Positions 1 to 9,184 of a stretch of DNA of 64,000 bases are shown here, one piece after another. Under the pieces are notes generated by a model that was not told where the DNA came from, searched no databases, and saw only the letters and a list, made by a program, of their open reading frames with translations. The translations under genes were made by a program, and so were the position numbers. Numbering within the stretch: the stretch's first letter is position 1; the number at the start of each line of letters is the position of its first letter. The stretch comes from an uncultured candidate division Zixibacteria bacterium (lineage in GTDB: Bacteria > Zixibacteria > MSB-5A5 > UBA10806): assembly GCA_963817915.1 (NCBI GenBank), contig CAWFQL010000009.1, positions 32,001 to 96,000 on the forward strand, in the 5' to 3' direction.

Positions 1-2
1 CA

Positions 3-686
3 AGAGGCTGCCGTTTTTGTGATGTGAACAAGGGGCTTCCGGCAGAGTACGATTTGAGCGAGCCACGCCGAGTTTCCGAAGCCTGCATGCGCCTTAATCT
101 ACGGCACGCGGTAATAACTTCAGTTACCAGGGACGATCTTGCCGATGGCGGCGCCGCGATTTTTGCCGAAACCACGAAGCTCATAAAGGCCAAGAATCCA
201 TCGTGCGGAGTGGAGCTATTGATTTCCGATCTAATGGGGAATTTAGACGCGTTGGAGACTATTATTGACGCTAAGCCTGATATTCTCGCTCACAACCTGG
301 AAACTGTCCCAAGGCTTTATAAAACTGTACGCCCCAAGGCATCATACGATCGTTCGCTCCAAATCCTTAAAGCATCCTCGCGCTATAATGAAAACGTGAT
401 TGTTAAGACAAGCATAATGGTAGGCCTTGGAGAGACTGAAGATGAGGTTTTGGAGACAATTCAAGACTCGATCAATAATGGGTGCCGCATAATGACAATT
501 GGACAGTATTTGAGGCCGTCGGAATGGCATCTTCCAATCGAGAAATATTATCCGCCAGAATGGTTCGAATCTATTAAAGCTCGGGGTGAATCTATGGGAA
601 TGGCCCATATTGAAGCGGGACCATTAGTAAGAAGTTCATTTATGGCACATAAACAGATAGCCGATTTGCGCAAAAAACAATCATAA
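3..686 (+). CDS. lipA: Lipoyl synthase (5' end outside window)
   Basis: The frame is open from the window edge and reads RGCRFCDV (end of the CxxxCxxC radical SAM motif), then VITSVTRDDLADGGA, HNLETVPRL, TIGQYLRPS and GPLVRSSF, all typical LipA motifs. Confidence 0.95.
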   Translation, partial: RGCRFCDVNKGLPAEYDLSEPRRVSEACMRLNLRHAVITSVTRDDLADGGAAIFAETTKLIKAKNPSCGVELLISDLMGNLDALETIIDAKPDILAHNLETVPRLYKTVRPKASYDRSLQILKASSRYNENVIVKTSIMVGLGETEDEVLETIQDSINNGCRIMTIGQYLRPSEWHLPIEKYYPPEWFESIKARGESMGMAHIEAGPLVRSSFMAHKQIADLRKKQS

Positions 687-918
687 AAAGGTGTAAAAAT
701 TCGCCATCCTTTACATTCCCCTATAGGCATTTTCCGATTGCATTAATCTGCGTAGTCGAAATCGTTATTGTTCAATATATTTGAAGAATACATTCTTCAA
801 ATTTGAATGTGTTTAGAATAGCATCCAAGTTATTGAACACGTTGCAATTTTGAAGTGCCCATTTTTTAGCTATTGATATCACTATCCGATAGAATTGATG
901 AAGGTCATAGGAGGACTT

Positions 919-2415
919 TTGACTGATATAATTGCAGCAAAAATAAAATCCGCAGAGAAGAGCATTATTTTGATTGTCGACGATGAGCCTAATGTGCTCG
1001 AAGTTGTCAAGGAGATGCTCGAGCATGAGAATTTGGAAATTCTGGCCGCATATTCAGTGGCCGAAGCCAAGAGTATTATTTACAGGCAGAATATCAATAT
1101 TGTTCTAACCGATATGCTGCTGGGTGATGGCTCTGGAGTCGATTTATTAAAGGAGGCCAAGAAGATTCATCCTGAGTCGCAGGTAATATTAATGACCGGA
1201 CGGCCATCAATCCAAACCGCTATATCGGTTTTGAAATTGGGCGCTTATGATTATTTGATCAAGCCCTTCGGAATTGATACCCTGAAAATGACAATCAGGC
1301 GCGCTGAGGAAAAAATCAAATTAGAACGCGAAAATATTCATTTAAGAGAATTGATGTCATTTTACCAGATTTGCGAGGCGATGGGTTCAACAATCGAGCT
1401 TGACGACCTGTTGAGATTTATCTTAGACGCCGCAATGAAGGAATTCGAAGCCGATTTCGCGTCGCTGCATTTTATGTCGAGCGATGAGGAAAAAATCGAA
1501 CTAAAAGCCACAGCCGGCCTTGAGAATGATAAATTAAAACATCTGACAATCGATCACTGTCGAAATATCTCTATTGAAAGCGTAACTAAAAATGAACCGA
1601 TAATCTTCAACGATCCCGATATGGATTATACCTGGGGCGGCCAATCAATTAAATCATCGATCTGCCAGCTTCTGATGGCCAAGGGAAAGGTTCTCGGCAC
1701 ATTGGCGGTAGTCCGAATAAGCAATCCGCACCCATTCACTCAGGGGCAGCTAATAGGCTTAAGCTTACTGGCATCAAAGGCCGCGGCCGCGCTCGAAAAT
1801 TCGAATTTATATTCCAATCTAAAAACCGCTTATGTAGAGACTGTGGAATCTCTCGCCAACGCTATTGAAGCCCGCGATTCATATACGAGAGGTCATACCG
1901 AACGAGTATATATGATGGCCTGCTCTATCGCGGAGGAGCTTGGCTGGACAGTCGAAATGCTGGGCGATCTGAAAATGGGGGCGTTATTGCATGATATAGG
2001 CAAGATCGGAGTGCCCGATGCCATATTAAATAAAACCGCTTCGCTGACGCCTGAAGAGTTCTCGATTATGAAGATGCATCCAGAGGCCGGGGCAAGAATC
2101 GTAAATTCGATATCATTTCTTAAGCCGGCGCTCCCATATATTTTGTACCACCATGAACGGCACGATGGCAATGGCTATCCGTATGGACTGGCCGGAGAAA
2201 ATATACCAATGCCCGGCAGGCTGTTGGCGGTTGTAGATACGCTGGATGCGATTACGTCAGACCGGCCATATAGAAATGGTCGATCATTGGAAATCGCTAT
2301 AAAGGAAATATCACGTAATTCAGGAACCCAATTTCATCCGTTGGTTGCCCAGGCCTGCATTGAATCATTTAAAAAGGGCAAATTGAACTTCCTATTTGGT
2401 TCAGAATCCGCATAA
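919..2415 (+). CDS. Response regulator with REC, GAF and HD-GYP (c-di-GMP phosphodiesterase) domains
   Basis: REC domain (LIVDDE...LTDMLL...YLIKPF), a GAF-like middle, then HDIGKIG and HHERHDGNGYPYGL. Start taken as the TTG at 919 after a GGAGG RBS (ORF track starts at 895). Confidence 0.9.
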   Translation: MTDIIAAKIKSAEKSIILIVDDEPNVLEVVKEMLEHENLEILAAYSVAEAKSIIYRQNINIVLTDMLLGDGSGVDLLKEAKKIHPESQVILMTGRPSIQTAISVLKLGAYDYLIKPFGIDTLKMTIRRAEEKIKLERENIHLRELMSFYQICEAMGSTIELDDLLRFILDAAMKEFEADFASLHFMSSDEEKIELKATAGLENDKLKHLTIDHCRNISIESVTKNEPIIFNDPDMDYTWGGQSIKSSICQLLMAKGKVLGTLAVVRISNPHPFTQGQLIGLSLLASKAAAALENSNLYSNLKTAYVETVESLANAIEARDSYTRGHTERVYMMACSIAEELGWTVEMLGDLKMGALLHDIGKIGVPDAILNKTASLTPEEFSIMKMHPEAGARIVNSISFLKPALPYILYHHERHDGNGYPYGLAGENIPMPGRLLAVVDTLDAITSDRPYRNGRSLEIAIKEISRNSGTQFHPLVAQACIESFKKGKLNFLFGSESA

Positions 2416-2448
2416 AAAAAAGCCCCCTGAAAATCTCAGGGGGCCTTT
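2414..2448. terminator. Bidirectional intrinsic terminator
   Basis: GCCCCCTGA-aaatc-TCAGGGGGC hairpin flanked by an A-run and TTT, between convergent genes. Confidence 0.85.
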
Positions 2449-2463
2449 ATAACTGTCAGAAAT

Positions 2464-5088
2464 TTATTTCAGCAATGTCATTTTTAATGTTTCGGATTTA
2501 TCGCCGATTCTGAGAGAGTAATAATATACTCCGGAGGCGACCACATTGCCATCCGAACCGCGACCATTCCAAATAATGCTGTACTGGCCGGGCTGATATG
2601 ATCCGTTTGCCAATATCGCGACTTTCTGGCCAACGATATTGTAAACAGAAAGTTCTACCATACTCTGCGCGGCAACATTAAATGAAATTTGAGTCTCGGC
2701 ATTGAATGGATTTGGATAGTTCTGACTCAAGCTATTTCTGGTTGGCATAACGGCGTTGTCACTGGTGGATGTCGGACTGACTAACACGTCAGCATTATCA
2801 ACATCACCATAGATAGCATCGACAGGGTTGACAATTTGACCCTCGCCATAGACTGAGAAAGCTGAGATCGCATAATTACCTGGATCCATGCTCTCAAAGT
2901 TGAAATAGCCATCGATATCAGTAGCAACGGCATCGACTATAACGCCGTTTTGTGACGCATATACAATGCTTCCGCCAGATTCAAAACCGCTGGCGATTAC
3001 TACTTGACCTGCGATTAATCTTGGGCCTTCACTTCTATGCGTCAGGGCGAAATTGATCCCGGTAGCATTCGGAGTGACCGGTGTCGCATCCTGGAAATGC
3101 TCGACATTATCATAGAATTCGCCAATATAACCGCGAGCGGCTGAAAATAGCTTGAAAGCAACTTGCGGCAATCTTTCGAATGCGTAGGCACCGGTGGAAT
3201 CCGTAAAGGCGTGCCTTACCTCCCAACGATGATGATCATCATTTCCGGGGCCGATTGCAACTACCATAGCGTTCGCGATTGGCGCCGCCGTGGAATCATC
3301 GGTAACAGTTCCCGAAATTGTGCCATTGAACGGCGGTGGTAGAGGATTAATAACTATATTAATGCCTGTCACATTTTGACCGTCCGCCACAACTACTGTA
3401 TCGGGATAAATGGTCGGTCGTGAATGCCTCTGGTGCACCATCAAACGGTATGAGCCCGGCATAACATGGTCAAATAAAAATGCCCCTATTGAGTCGGTTC
3501 TCGTATTTATGACGAAATGTCCTCTTGCCATGTTTCGTGCCTGGACAAGAGCATGTCCTACAGGATTCCCTAATGAATCCGATACTGTACCGGCTATGCT
3601 GCCGAAATTGATTGCGCCAAGAGCGAAATCAATTCCCTCTACAATCGCATTGGTAACAGTAACGTGCTGTGGATATTCCTGAGGAGTAAATCCTCTGGCT
3701 GTAGCTTGTACTACGTATTCTCCGGCTGGAGCCATTATAAAGTATGAGCCATCGGAATGAGTTCTGGCCATATGATGATTATGAGGATTGTTGACATCGA
3801 TAGCGTTAACCATGGCCTCATCGATTGGAAGGCTATCCGCGGCATTAGTAACGTGTCCGGAGATGCCTGTCGGAACCATTGGCGCAAGGGCGATATTGAT
3901 CCCTGTAACGCTATTGCTATCTATGACGATCGAATCTGGATATGTACCAGGATTGTATCTTTCCTTCATTGCACGAATCGTATAGGTATCCGAAATCAGA
4001 TGTTCAAAAATGTAAGTACCATCATCGTGGGTTTCCGCCATATGAACATTTCTTGGAAGAGTACCTATCGCCATGACTTCGGCGTCATCGATCGGCTGTG
4101 TAGTGACACTATCGGTAATCGTTCCAGCGATGGATCCGTAGTGCAAATCTTGTCTTTGCAGGAAAATATCAATACCGGTTAGAGTATTATTATTAACAAC
4201 GAGAGTCTCGGGATACGCTCCGGGCGCCCATCCAAATTTAGTCGCTCCCACCAAATAGGAGCCATTGGGTAATTCATGCAGGATGTAGGAACCGTCCATA
4301 TTGGAATGAGTCGAAAATGTGCCATGCTCGTTGCCAAGCAGGGTTGCGACCACAATTGCCATTCCAATACCATTTTCAGTCCCTTGTTCAAGAACTCGGC
4401 CTGAAATGCTGCCATTATCCTCGACCTCGACTGCGAGGCTAAAATCTATCCCGGTCGGATTCTGATCGGCACCGACAGTGACTACAGTCGCTTCGGTACG
4501 ATGTGCTACGTTGTTGTACCATTCCGGCAGAAAATGCATGGCTTCGGCTTTGACGTTGTAATCGCCATAAGGGACATGAAGAGTATATTGTCCGAGCGAA
4601 TCAGATATCGCATTTCCGATTGGGCGATCAAAATTAGCGGCGAATGCCATAACATGCGCAAAGGGTAGGGGAGTCATTACTCCATTGACCTCTCCCTGCA
4701 CGATTCCTGAAATTGTGCCACTTGGCGGGGCATGCAAGAGAAAATCAATACCTATCGGATTTTGACCGTCGGCAACCGTGACTACGGTAGCTTGAGATCT
4801 TTCGGGAACATTGTTGTACCACAATGGCAAAAAGTGCATCGCTTCAGCGTGCACATTGAAATCGCCATCGGGTACATGCATTACATAATTACCCATTGAA
4901 TCAGTCATAGCGTTACCGATAGGCCTATCCATGCCAACACGGAACGCACCTACATGGGCAAACGGCAGTGGGACATTCGATCCATTGATCTCCGCCAGCA
5001 CTGTACCCGATATGGTACCATCAAATTGCGCGAATGCGGCCGAAGTCAATAATAGGAATGCCACTGCGACACCAAACCACTTTTTCAT
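2464..5088 (-). CDS. Secreted protein with tandem carboxypeptidase-regulatory-like (CnaB-like) domains and a T9SS/FlgD-type C-terminal domain
   Basis: Signal peptide, about 8 repeats of GxISGxV...TDSxGxY...GIDFxL, and a C-terminus LSQNYPNPFNAET...WNGR...VASGVYYY...KMTLLK. Confidence 0.85.
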   Translation of the reverse strand: MKKWFGVAVAFLLLTSAAFAQFDGTISGTVLAEINGSNVPLPFAHVGAFRVGMDRPIGNAMTDSMGNYVMHVPDGDFNVHAEAMHFLPLWYNNVPERSQATVVTVADGQNPIGIDFLLHAPPSGTISGIVQGEVNGVMTPLPFAHVMAFAANFDRPIGNAISDSLGQYTLHVPYGDYNVKAEAMHFLPEWYNNVAHRTEATVVTVGADQNPTGIDFSLAVEVEDNGSISGRVLEQGTENGIGMAIVVATLLGNEHGTFSTHSNMDGSYILHELPNGSYLVGATKFGWAPGAYPETLVVNNNTLTGIDIFLQRQDLHYGSIAGTITDSVTTQPIDDAEVMAIGTLPRNVHMAETHDDGTYIFEHLISDTYTIRAMKERYNPGTYPDSIVIDSNSVTGINIALAPMVPTGISGHVTNAADSLPIDEAMVNAIDVNNPHNHHMARTHSDGSYFIMAPAGEYVVQATARGFTPQEYPQHVTVTNAIVEGIDFALGAINFGSIAGTVSDSLGNPVGHALVQARNMARGHFVINTRTDSIGAFLFDHVMPGSYRLMVHQRHSRPTIYPDTVVVADGQNVTGINIVINPLPPPFNGTISGTVTDDSTAAPIANAMVVAIGPGNDDHHRWEVRHAFTDSTGAYAFERLPQVAFKLFSAARGYIGEFYDNVEHFQDATPVTPNATGINFALTHRSEGPRLIAGQVVIASGFESGGSIVYASQNGVIVDAVATDIDGYFNFESMDPGNYAISAFSVYGEGQIVNPVDAIYGDVDNADVLVSPTSTSDNAVMPTRNSLSQNYPNPFNAETQISFNVAAQSMVELSVYNIVGQKVAILANGSYQPGQYSIIWNGRGSDGNVVASGVYYYSLRIGDKSETLKMTLLK

Positions 5089-5147
5089 ACTTGCCTTCCT
5101 CCAGAATTAGAGTTGATTATTTTCGGTTTTTCCAAATTCACTTGTAG

Positions 5148-5174
5148 TTTGACACGGTAGAAGTCCAGAAGTTT
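5148..5174 (-). promoter_or_regulatory. Putative ECF/sigmaE-type promoter of the 2464-5088 gene
   Basis: Minus strand AAACTT-N16-TCAAA, close to the sigmaE consensus GAACTT-N16-TCAAA, about 60 nt upstream of the ATG. Confidence 0.45.
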
Positions 5175-5458
5175 AATTTACTACAACAAAATTATACCAT
5201 AACCCCCAACAATGTCAACACATTAATACCTTAGCGGGTTCCCTAAAAAAGCAGCATGGCCCAATCCCGGGGTAATATCGAGTATCATCAAATGGTATCA
5301 AAGCCGATTTCACTTGATAGATAGTGGTTACTCTTTTATACTTGCAAAGTTTATGAAATTGATGGAGGGGTCAGACAGGTCGGTTTACAGCATATTAATC
5401 CTAATTAGAGAATCCAACTGGCGCAAAATTTATATTAATACAATCGATTCGGGAGGCT

Positions 5459-6937
5459 TTGATGAATGATTTTTTAACGAGTCTATTCACTTTCATTCCT
5501 CTGCTAATAGTTGTGTTGTATATTTATCGGGATATTTCCAGCGAAAATCCTGAAATTCGTCACACAAGCCAATTCAAAATGCGAAGGGTAGCCAATTGGC
5601 TGCCATTGGGCTTGGCATATGCATTCCTATATATGGCTCGGTATAATCTAACAGTTTCGAAAGTGGCACTTGGCGACCTTATGACAAAAGTTGATTTTGG
5701 TGTAATCTTCGGAACCGGCGCAATAGTATATGGATGCTCATTTTTGCTGAACGGTCCGTTGACTGATAGATTTGGAGGCAAACAGGCAATCTTAATTGGT
5801 GCATTCGGAGCAGCATTTGCCAATATCCTGATGGGGATTTTCCTATACGGGAAATTAATCTTGGGATGGTCGATGAATTTAACATTAGCGTTTATTATTT
5901 TATATTCATTGAATATGTATTTTCAAAGTTTTGGAGCGGTTGCTATCGTAAAGGTGAATGCAGCGTGGTTTCATGTCAGAGAAAGAGGGGTTTTTGGCGG
6001 TATTTTCGGTATTTTGATATCCTTGGGCCTGTTTTTCGCGTATGATTGGGGAAATGCCATCGTTGCTGCCACGAAATCGGTATCCAGCCCTGAGGATAAA
6101 TTAGGCTTTTTCCAAAATATAATAAGATCATTAACCGGGGCCGCCAATTCCCCGATTGATCAGACATGGTGGGTATTTTTTATCCCGGCCATAATTTTAA
6201 TAGCAATCAGCATTGTGAATATATTTGTGCTTCGTGATACGCCCAAAGAAGCTGGACATGAAAATTTCTACACGGCGGATGCCTCGGCGGGTGAAGATGA
6301 CAGACGCCTAAAATTGAGTGAAATAATTAAAAGGATTATATTCAATAAGGTAATTCTTATAATAGCCTTTATTGAATTTTGTACCGGTTTTTTAAGACAG
6401 GGTATTATGCAATGGTATCCTATCTATCTAAAAGATTTCATGAATTTCCCTTCGGACTATTTCATGAGAGAGCATTGGGGATTGGTGCTAATGGTCGCGG
6501 GCGTTTTTGGCGGAATGATTGCAGGTTGGATGTCGGATAAAATTTTCCATTCGCGTAGGGCTCCGGTAGCAGGGTTGCTTTATGCCTCAATGTTTATTTT
6601 GTGCATTTTCATGATATTTTTTGTAAAAGGCGATCAAACCATTTTGGGAGTTATAGCATTTGCCATGTCATTTTGTGTTATTGGGACACATGGTCTCCTC
6701 TCGGGAACATCTACAATGGACTTTGGTGGGACTAAGGCTGCCGGTACTGCTGTTGGTCTGATTGATGGCTTTGTCTATTTGGGAACCGGGCTTCAAGCTT
6801 ATATTCTGGGTCCTGTTACGACCAATGATTGGGCTGACTGGCCTAAAGTGCTCATTCCTCTTACAGTGATTGGATTTGTGCTTTCATTGGTAATCTGGAA
6901 AGCAATGCCTACCCCCAAAGCCAAAGCGGCCAATTAA
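5459..6937 (+). CDS. MFS transporter, OPA/GlpT-like (organophosphate:Pi antiporter) family
   Basis: Multi-TM protein with YAFLYMARYN, GPLTDRFGGK, WFHVRERG, GWMSDKIFHSRRAP and AAGTAVGLIDGFVYLG. Confidence 0.85.
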   Translation: MMNDFLTSLFTFIPLLIVVLYIYRDISSENPEIRHTSQFKMRRVANWLPLGLAYAFLYMARYNLTVSKVALGDLMTKVDFGVIFGTGAIVYGCSFLLNGPLTDRFGGKQAILIGAFGAAFANILMGIFLYGKLILGWSMNLTLAFIILYSLNMYFQSFGAVAIVKVNAAWFHVRERGVFGGIFGILISLGLFFAYDWGNAIVAATKSVSSPEDKLGFFQNIIRSLTGAANSPIDQTWWVFFIPAIILIAISIVNIFVLRDTPKEAGHENFYTADASAGEDDRRLKLSEIIKRIIFNKVILIIAFIEFCTGFLRQGIMQWYPIYLKDFMNFPSDYFMREHWGLVLMVAGVFGGMIAGWMSDKIFHSRRAPVAGLLYASMFILCIFMIFFVKGDQTILGVIAFAMSFCVIGTHGLLSGTSTMDFGGTKAAGTAVGLIDGFVYLGTGLQAYILGPVTTNDWADWPKVLIPLTVIGFVLSLVIWKAMPTPKAKAAN

Positions 6938-6957
6938 AAATAAATTTTAATCAATTT

Positions 6958-6993
6958 AAACTGCCTGGCCAACCTCGACCGGGCAGTTTTTTT
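6958..6993 (+). terminator. Intrinsic terminator after the MFS gene
   Basis: AAACTGCCTGG...CCGGGCAGTTT stem followed by a T-run. Confidence 0.75.
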
Positions 6994-7001
6994 ATCGACT
7001 G

Positions 7002-7243
7002 TCGCCCGCTTGCCACATCCGGCTTATAACCTTAAGCACTTTCTATATAATTACTTGTCCCGAGTTCGAAAACGGGTATTTCTAAATATAAATAGCCGGA
7101 TGCGCGATGATATCGCACGGGCGAAATTATAATTGAAATATGATTTTGATGAAATAAATGCTTTATCGAAAAATTGTCCGAAGGGAAATGCTTGGCGCGA
7201 TATCATCGTGTGTCCGCCTGAGGCGGACATGGCAAGCGGGCGA
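7002..7243. repeat. 242-bp nested inverted-repeat element (predicted four-way junction; MITE/REP-like or structured RNA)
   Basis: Perfect 14-bp terminal IR (7002-7015/7230-7243) enclosing three abutting hairpins: 7016-7024/7094-7102, 7103-7118/7195-7210 and 7211-7218/7222-7229. Confidence 0.75.
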
Positions 7244-7267
7244 AAAGGGGGAATTCGCGATATCGGG

Positions 7268-8014
7268 TTACTTTTTATCCCAGGCCTTTATTAAATCCAT
7301 ATAATCTTGTATTCGATAAGCGCGGTCACTTAGCGGATATTCCGATGAATGCGGCGAAATATATAATACAGGTATGGCATCCGGGAGATTGCCGGCAATA
7401 TAATCAAGTTCTCGAGGTTCATTGTCGAATATCGCGACTACTTCTTTGGAAGAGGCCAGTTTTTCGGCGGCGTCGCGTTTGAATTCGGCGTTGGAGTATT
7501 CTTTCAATGGTTTCATGAGAATTCCGAGATCGCCATCATAAAAGGGGAATCCGTTTTTGATAATGGACGCTTTGGTGCCGAGATACATGCCATTTCGATG
7601 GCGGCCTGTCAGATAGGATATGACGACCCCCGCGTCAGTGAGCCTTTGAACGAACTCGCAGGAATATTTCATTGCCTTATCAGCCCAAAGGTATTGATCG
7701 GTAAAAAATCTATCATCCCAATCTTTAAGGAATGCTTCTTTGACTTGCTGGTCGTCGATAGCCATATCATCCAGTAAATTATTCAGCCAATAGGGGAAGT
7801 CATCCAGATCCAGTGATTCGATATTTTTGATGGTTGATTCGGGGATTTTAGGTACCATTCTGGCAGCATCGATCAAAATCTGTTTGGTTCTTGGAAAATA
7901 ATAGATCAGCGTCCCATCTAAATCGAATACGGCGCGCGGTGTCCGCCCCTCCGCCTTTTTAGCTTCGATTTTATGTTTCAGGTCGGCAATCAGTTTTTCG
8001 AATTTATTAGTCAT
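7268..8014 (-). CDS. HAD-superfamily phosphatase
   Basis: Motif I AVFDLDGTL, motif II YLTGR, a lysine in AEFKRD and motif IV-like FDNEP. Confidence 0.8.
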   Translation of the reverse strand: MTNKFEKLIADLKHKIEAKKAEGRTPRAVFDLDGTLIYYFPRTKQILIDAARMVPKIPESTIKNIESLDLDDFPYWLNNLLDDMAIDDQQVKEAFLKDWDDRFFTDQYLWADKAMKYSCEFVQRLTDAGVVISYLTGRHRNGMYLGTKASIIKNGFPFYDGDLGILMKPLKEYSNAEFKRDAAEKLASSKEVVAIFDNEPRELDYIAGNLPDAIPVLYISPHSSEYPLSDRAYRIQDYMDLIKAWDKK

Positions 8015-8120
8015 AACACCCCTTGTTTAAATAATGCAATTTCAATATAAATACTTAATATCGAATTTACAATTAAAAACATTGACGATATCGTCGGGAT
8101 TATTTAAATTGGACGCCGAT

Positions 8121-8681
8121 ATGATAACCGCGCCGTGGACGATATGGATTACCGGACTTTCCGGATCAGGGAAATCAACAATCTCGAAAAAGCTCATTGA
8201 GCTAATGAATCATAATAATGATAAAGTCGAATATCTCAGGCTCGATGAAATGCGCCAGGTTCTGACTCCCAATCCCGTATTTTCTAAGGAAGAAAGAGAA
8301 TATGTGTATCGGGCCTCCGCTTATACCGCGAAAGTCCTAAACGCGCATTCTATTAATGTCATAATCGATTCGGTCGATGGGGAGGGGACAGGCCGTACCG
8401 TGTGCCGGAATTTGATCCCTAATTTTAGTGTGATTTATGTACAATGCCCGCTGGAAGTATGTATTGAACGGGAGACTGTGCGTACCGATCGCGCCAAGAT
8501 TGAGAAGCTTTACGAGCGGGCCATACAGGGCGAATTGAAGATTGCTGGCTATGGCAAGCCCTACGTATATGAATCGATGCCATTATTAGTGATTGAATCA
8601 GATAAGTTGTCAGCAGATGAGTCCGCCAAATTGATTTTTAATGCGATCTGCTCCGGCAGGCAAGCCAAATCGAATCAGTAA
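8121..8681 (+). CDS. Adenylyl-sulfate kinase-like P-loop kinase
   Basis: WTIWITGLSGSGKST, LDEMR and IYVQCPLEVCIER. Start taken at ATG 8121, just downstream of TTGACG-N17-TAAATT. No sulfate-assimilation genes nearby. Confidence 0.75.
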   Translation: MITAPWTIWITGLSGSGKSTISKKLIELMNHNNDKVEYLRLDEMRQVLTPNPVFSKEEREYVYRASAYTAKVLNAHSINVIIDSVDGEGTGRTVCRNLIPNFSVIYVQCPLEVCIERETVRTDRAKIEKLYERAIQGELKIAGYGKPYVYESMPLLVIESDKLSADESAKLIFNAICSGRQAKSNQ

Positions 8682-8723
8682 CTTTCGGTAATTTTACCTT
8701 ACATATTCATTATAAAAAAACTG

Positions 8724-8752
8724 TTGACAAATATAATTAATTAGCGCATATT
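8724..8752 (+). promoter_or_regulatory. Sigma70-type promoter upstream of the surface-protein locus
   Basis: TTGACA-N17-CATATT. Confidence 0.5.
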
Positions 8753-9184
8753 TGGTTCAGGCAATATGAAGGCTTTATTCTTCAGCCTTGACGCTTACTT
8801 TTAATGCCGAAAGCAGTAACTGATTAGTTGGAAATTGAGATGTCAATAATTGACAACTTGTCCAAAGGCCGCCTAATGCTTGTGAAAAAAAGCTCATATA
8901 CTTCAGTAAATACTTCAATTACTATTTTTCAAATTATTGGCCATAGTTTCAATGCTAGAAGGAGAAGTCTATAGCATAATCCTCATAATTTGTTAACTGG
9001 ATTTTGCGAAAACTTAATATTTTATCATTAAGGCTATTATAAACATTTGGCTCATTAAGAAAGGTCGGCTAAGAAGATAAGTTTAATTGTCGAAATTAAG
9101 AAAAGAAAAAGAATTTCAAAGAAATCAGGAAAAAAGTTAATGGCGCTTTTAAAGAAATTAAATTTTACTTTTAAGGGAGAGTCT

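Noticed and set aside
8880..8898. Rex operator (TTGTGAA half-site)
   Set aside because: Only one half-site matches the palindromic consensus.
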